Virus record (IMG/VR): IMGVR_UViG_3300032277_000031
Span: 1 to 36,794 of that record
Length of the DNA: 36,794 nt
From: a virus
Taxonomy: Duplodnaviria > Caudoviricetes
Direction: 5' to 3' (one strand)
Shown here: positions 35,669 through 36,794 of the stretch, one piece after another
How the letters are laid out: each line of letters begins with the position of its first letter
Numbering within the stretch: the stretch's first letter is position 1
Position numbers and translations under genes: made by a program
Notes under the pieces: model-generated
The model's input: the letters and a program-made list of their open reading frames with translations, nothing else
Databases searched by the model: none
Told to the model about the DNA's origin: nothing

Positions 35669-35686
35669 CCGAAAGTAGGTTTTAAG
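35629..35686 (-). ncRNA. Candidate small RNA of about 58 nt (sRNA-2)
   Basis: Minus promoter TTGACT(35720)-N16-TAAAAT(35698) reading into the minus-strand terminator; no ORF. Confidence 0.45.
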
Positions 35687-35738
35687 TAAGAAATTTTACT
35701 ATAAAATAATATTAAGTCAATAAGAAAGTTGGTAAAAA

Positions 35739-35969
35739 ATGTCAGTTAAAAAATGTGTTAGTTGCTGGTGTCGTGTAGTAAAAAAAAGCGGTCTTTGCGT
35801 GAGATGCGAACAAATAAACAATGCTAATCTAATTATTAATATGGAGCGTAAAGGGCATGGTTTACACTGCATTAAAAAGTTTTTAGAAAATAGAAAATCA
35901 AATTGCGATTCATCATGCACAGCTTACCATGTAAATAGAAGATCATCCAGTATAGGAGCTAATAAATAA
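35739..35969 (+). CDS. Cys-rich zinc-binding hypothetical protein
   Basis: CxxC...CxxC...HC...CxxxCxxxH; AGAAAGTTGGT RBS. Confidence 0.65.
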   Translation: MSVKKCVSCWCRVVKKSGLCVRCEQINNANLIINMERKGHGLHCIKKFLENRKSNCDSSCTAYHVNRRSSSIGANK

Positions 35970-35970
35970 T

Positions 35971-36213
35971 ATGAGCAGTGGTATAAAATTTTTACTATAT
36001 GATGATATTTCTAAATATTCAATCGGTGATGGTGTCGTATATTATGAAGATAAAAAAGTTTACTCCTCTAGTGTTGAACTCAACCAAGATCAAGCGGAAC
36101 TATTATTACACTCTGTGCAAGAGGCGTTTGGCAAGGGATACACAAAAGGTCGCAATGATGGCAAAAGTTATGCAGTAGAAAAAATAAAATCATTATTGGA
36201 GTATCTAAAGTGA
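35971..36213 (+). CDS. Hypothetical protein, paralog of the next gene
   Basis: AGGAG RBS; AFxxGxxxGxxxG motif. Confidence 0.75.
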   Translation: MSSGIKFLLYDDISKYSIGDGVVYYEDKKVYSSSVELNQDQAELLLHSVQEAFGKGYTKGRNDGKSYAVEKIKSLLEYLK

Positions 36214-36233
36214 AACAGAAACAAAAGGGCTGA

Positions 36234-36491
36234 GTGATGAATATATCAAAGATAAGTTTGGAAGGTGTAGAATTGTTGTTGAATAATGATATACAAAACT
36301 ATACATTTGGCAATGGAAACGTGCTATATAAAGGAGATATTGTCTTTATATCAGACAATAACCTTAATGATGATCAAACACAACTACTTTTTTTATCCAT
36401 TAGATTTGCCTTTTACGCTGGTCATATCAAAGGCAGGGAAAAGGGCAAAAAGGAATTGAAGAAACAAATAAAAAGCTTTTTACATTTATAG
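36234..36491 (+). CDS. Hypothetical protein, paralog of the previous gene
   Basis: Shares Y..G.G.V.Y, LN.DQ..LL..S, AF..G..KGR..GK, IKS.L. Confidence 0.75.
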   Translation: MMNISKISLEGVELLLNNDIQNYTFGNGNVLYKGDIVFISDNNLNDDQTQLLFLSIRFAFYAGHIKGREKGKKELKKQIKSFLHL

Positions 36492-36510
36492 AACTCTGTT
36501 GTTAATTATT

Positions 36511-36540
36511 AGCGAGTGGTTAAAACCTCTCGCTTTTTTT
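36511..36540 (+). terminator. Rho-independent terminator
   Basis: AGCGAG-tggttaaaacct-CTCGCT followed by a T run. Confidence 0.85.
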
Positions 36541-36561
36541 ATTGGTAAAGGATAAACCCTA

Positions 36562-36774
36562 ATGATAATATATAATATATTGAAAATTTGTTTAATTTTA
36601 GTTATAAGGTTTTTGATTATGTTAATTGACATGTTCTATGCTATAGCTATTCAATTTAAGATAGTATTTAATATTTCGTCTTATATGATTAATGGAATAA
36701 AGATATTCTTTCTAGTGCTTGTGTTGGATTTAAAAAGGTCATTAAGTGTTTTAGGTTCTTCCAGAAAAATATAG
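36562..36774 (+). CDS. Hydrophobic 70-aa protein (possible membrane protein)
   Basis: AAGGA RBS; Ile/Leu/Phe-rich; overlaps the cosQ-like site. Confidence 0.35.
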   Translation: MIIYNILKICLILVIRFLIMLIDMFYAIAIQFKIVFNISSYMINGIKIFFLVLVLDLKRSLSVLGSSRKI

Positions 36775-36794
36775 TTCTACTGGGGTGGAATTTG
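36753..36794 (+). other. cosQ-like element AGGTTCT and right terminal copy of the cohesive-end sequence
   Basis: AGGTTCT at 36753-36759, 23-nt spacer, then GGGTGGAATTTG. Confidence 0.75.

Noticed and set aside
36784-36794. Terminal repeat as an assembler k-mer overlap or prophage att site
   Set aside because: 11 bp is shorter than usual k-mer overlaps, there is no integrase, and the context fits cos; an artefact cannot be fully excluded
1-36794. Stop-codon reassignment, tRNA genes, diversity-generating retroelement, introns or inteins
   Set aside because: Core genes are full length in the standard code; I saw no cloverleaf, reverse transcriptase, template/variable repeat pair or interrupted gene

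Overview
The window looks like an essentially complete, AT-rich (roughly 30% GC by eye) siphovirus genome, linearised at its packaging site. It starts and ends with the same 11-mer (GGTGGAATTTG), in a context with the geometry of the phage lambda cos site. The left two-thirds hold a lambda-type head module (Nu1/gpA-type terminase, gpW-like protein, portal, S49 protease with nested scaffold, gpD-like decoration protein, gpE capsid). A long non-contractile tail module follows (tube, frameshifted chaperone, 1565-aa tape measure, DUF2163/NlpC-P60/tip cluster). The right third holds a single minus-strand HTH regulator, a Sak4-like AAA ATPase, SSB, an HTH-AEP primase-DUF3987 helicase fusion followed by an inverted iteron array (probable origin), RuvC, a tandem deoxynucleoside kinase plus divergent thymidine kinase, and many small ORFs. 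I see no integrase, CI repressor, partition system or recognisable endolysin. The most unusual signal is two or three short promoter-to-terminator non-coding units whose 5' parts resemble the 16S rRNA anti-Shine-Dalgarno tail and are complementary to phage ribosome-binding sites, alongside three small proteins with an Sm/LSm-like pattern. This is a hypothesis of a phage sRNA-based translational control system and has not been tested. All calls come from motif reading by eye; no searches were run.
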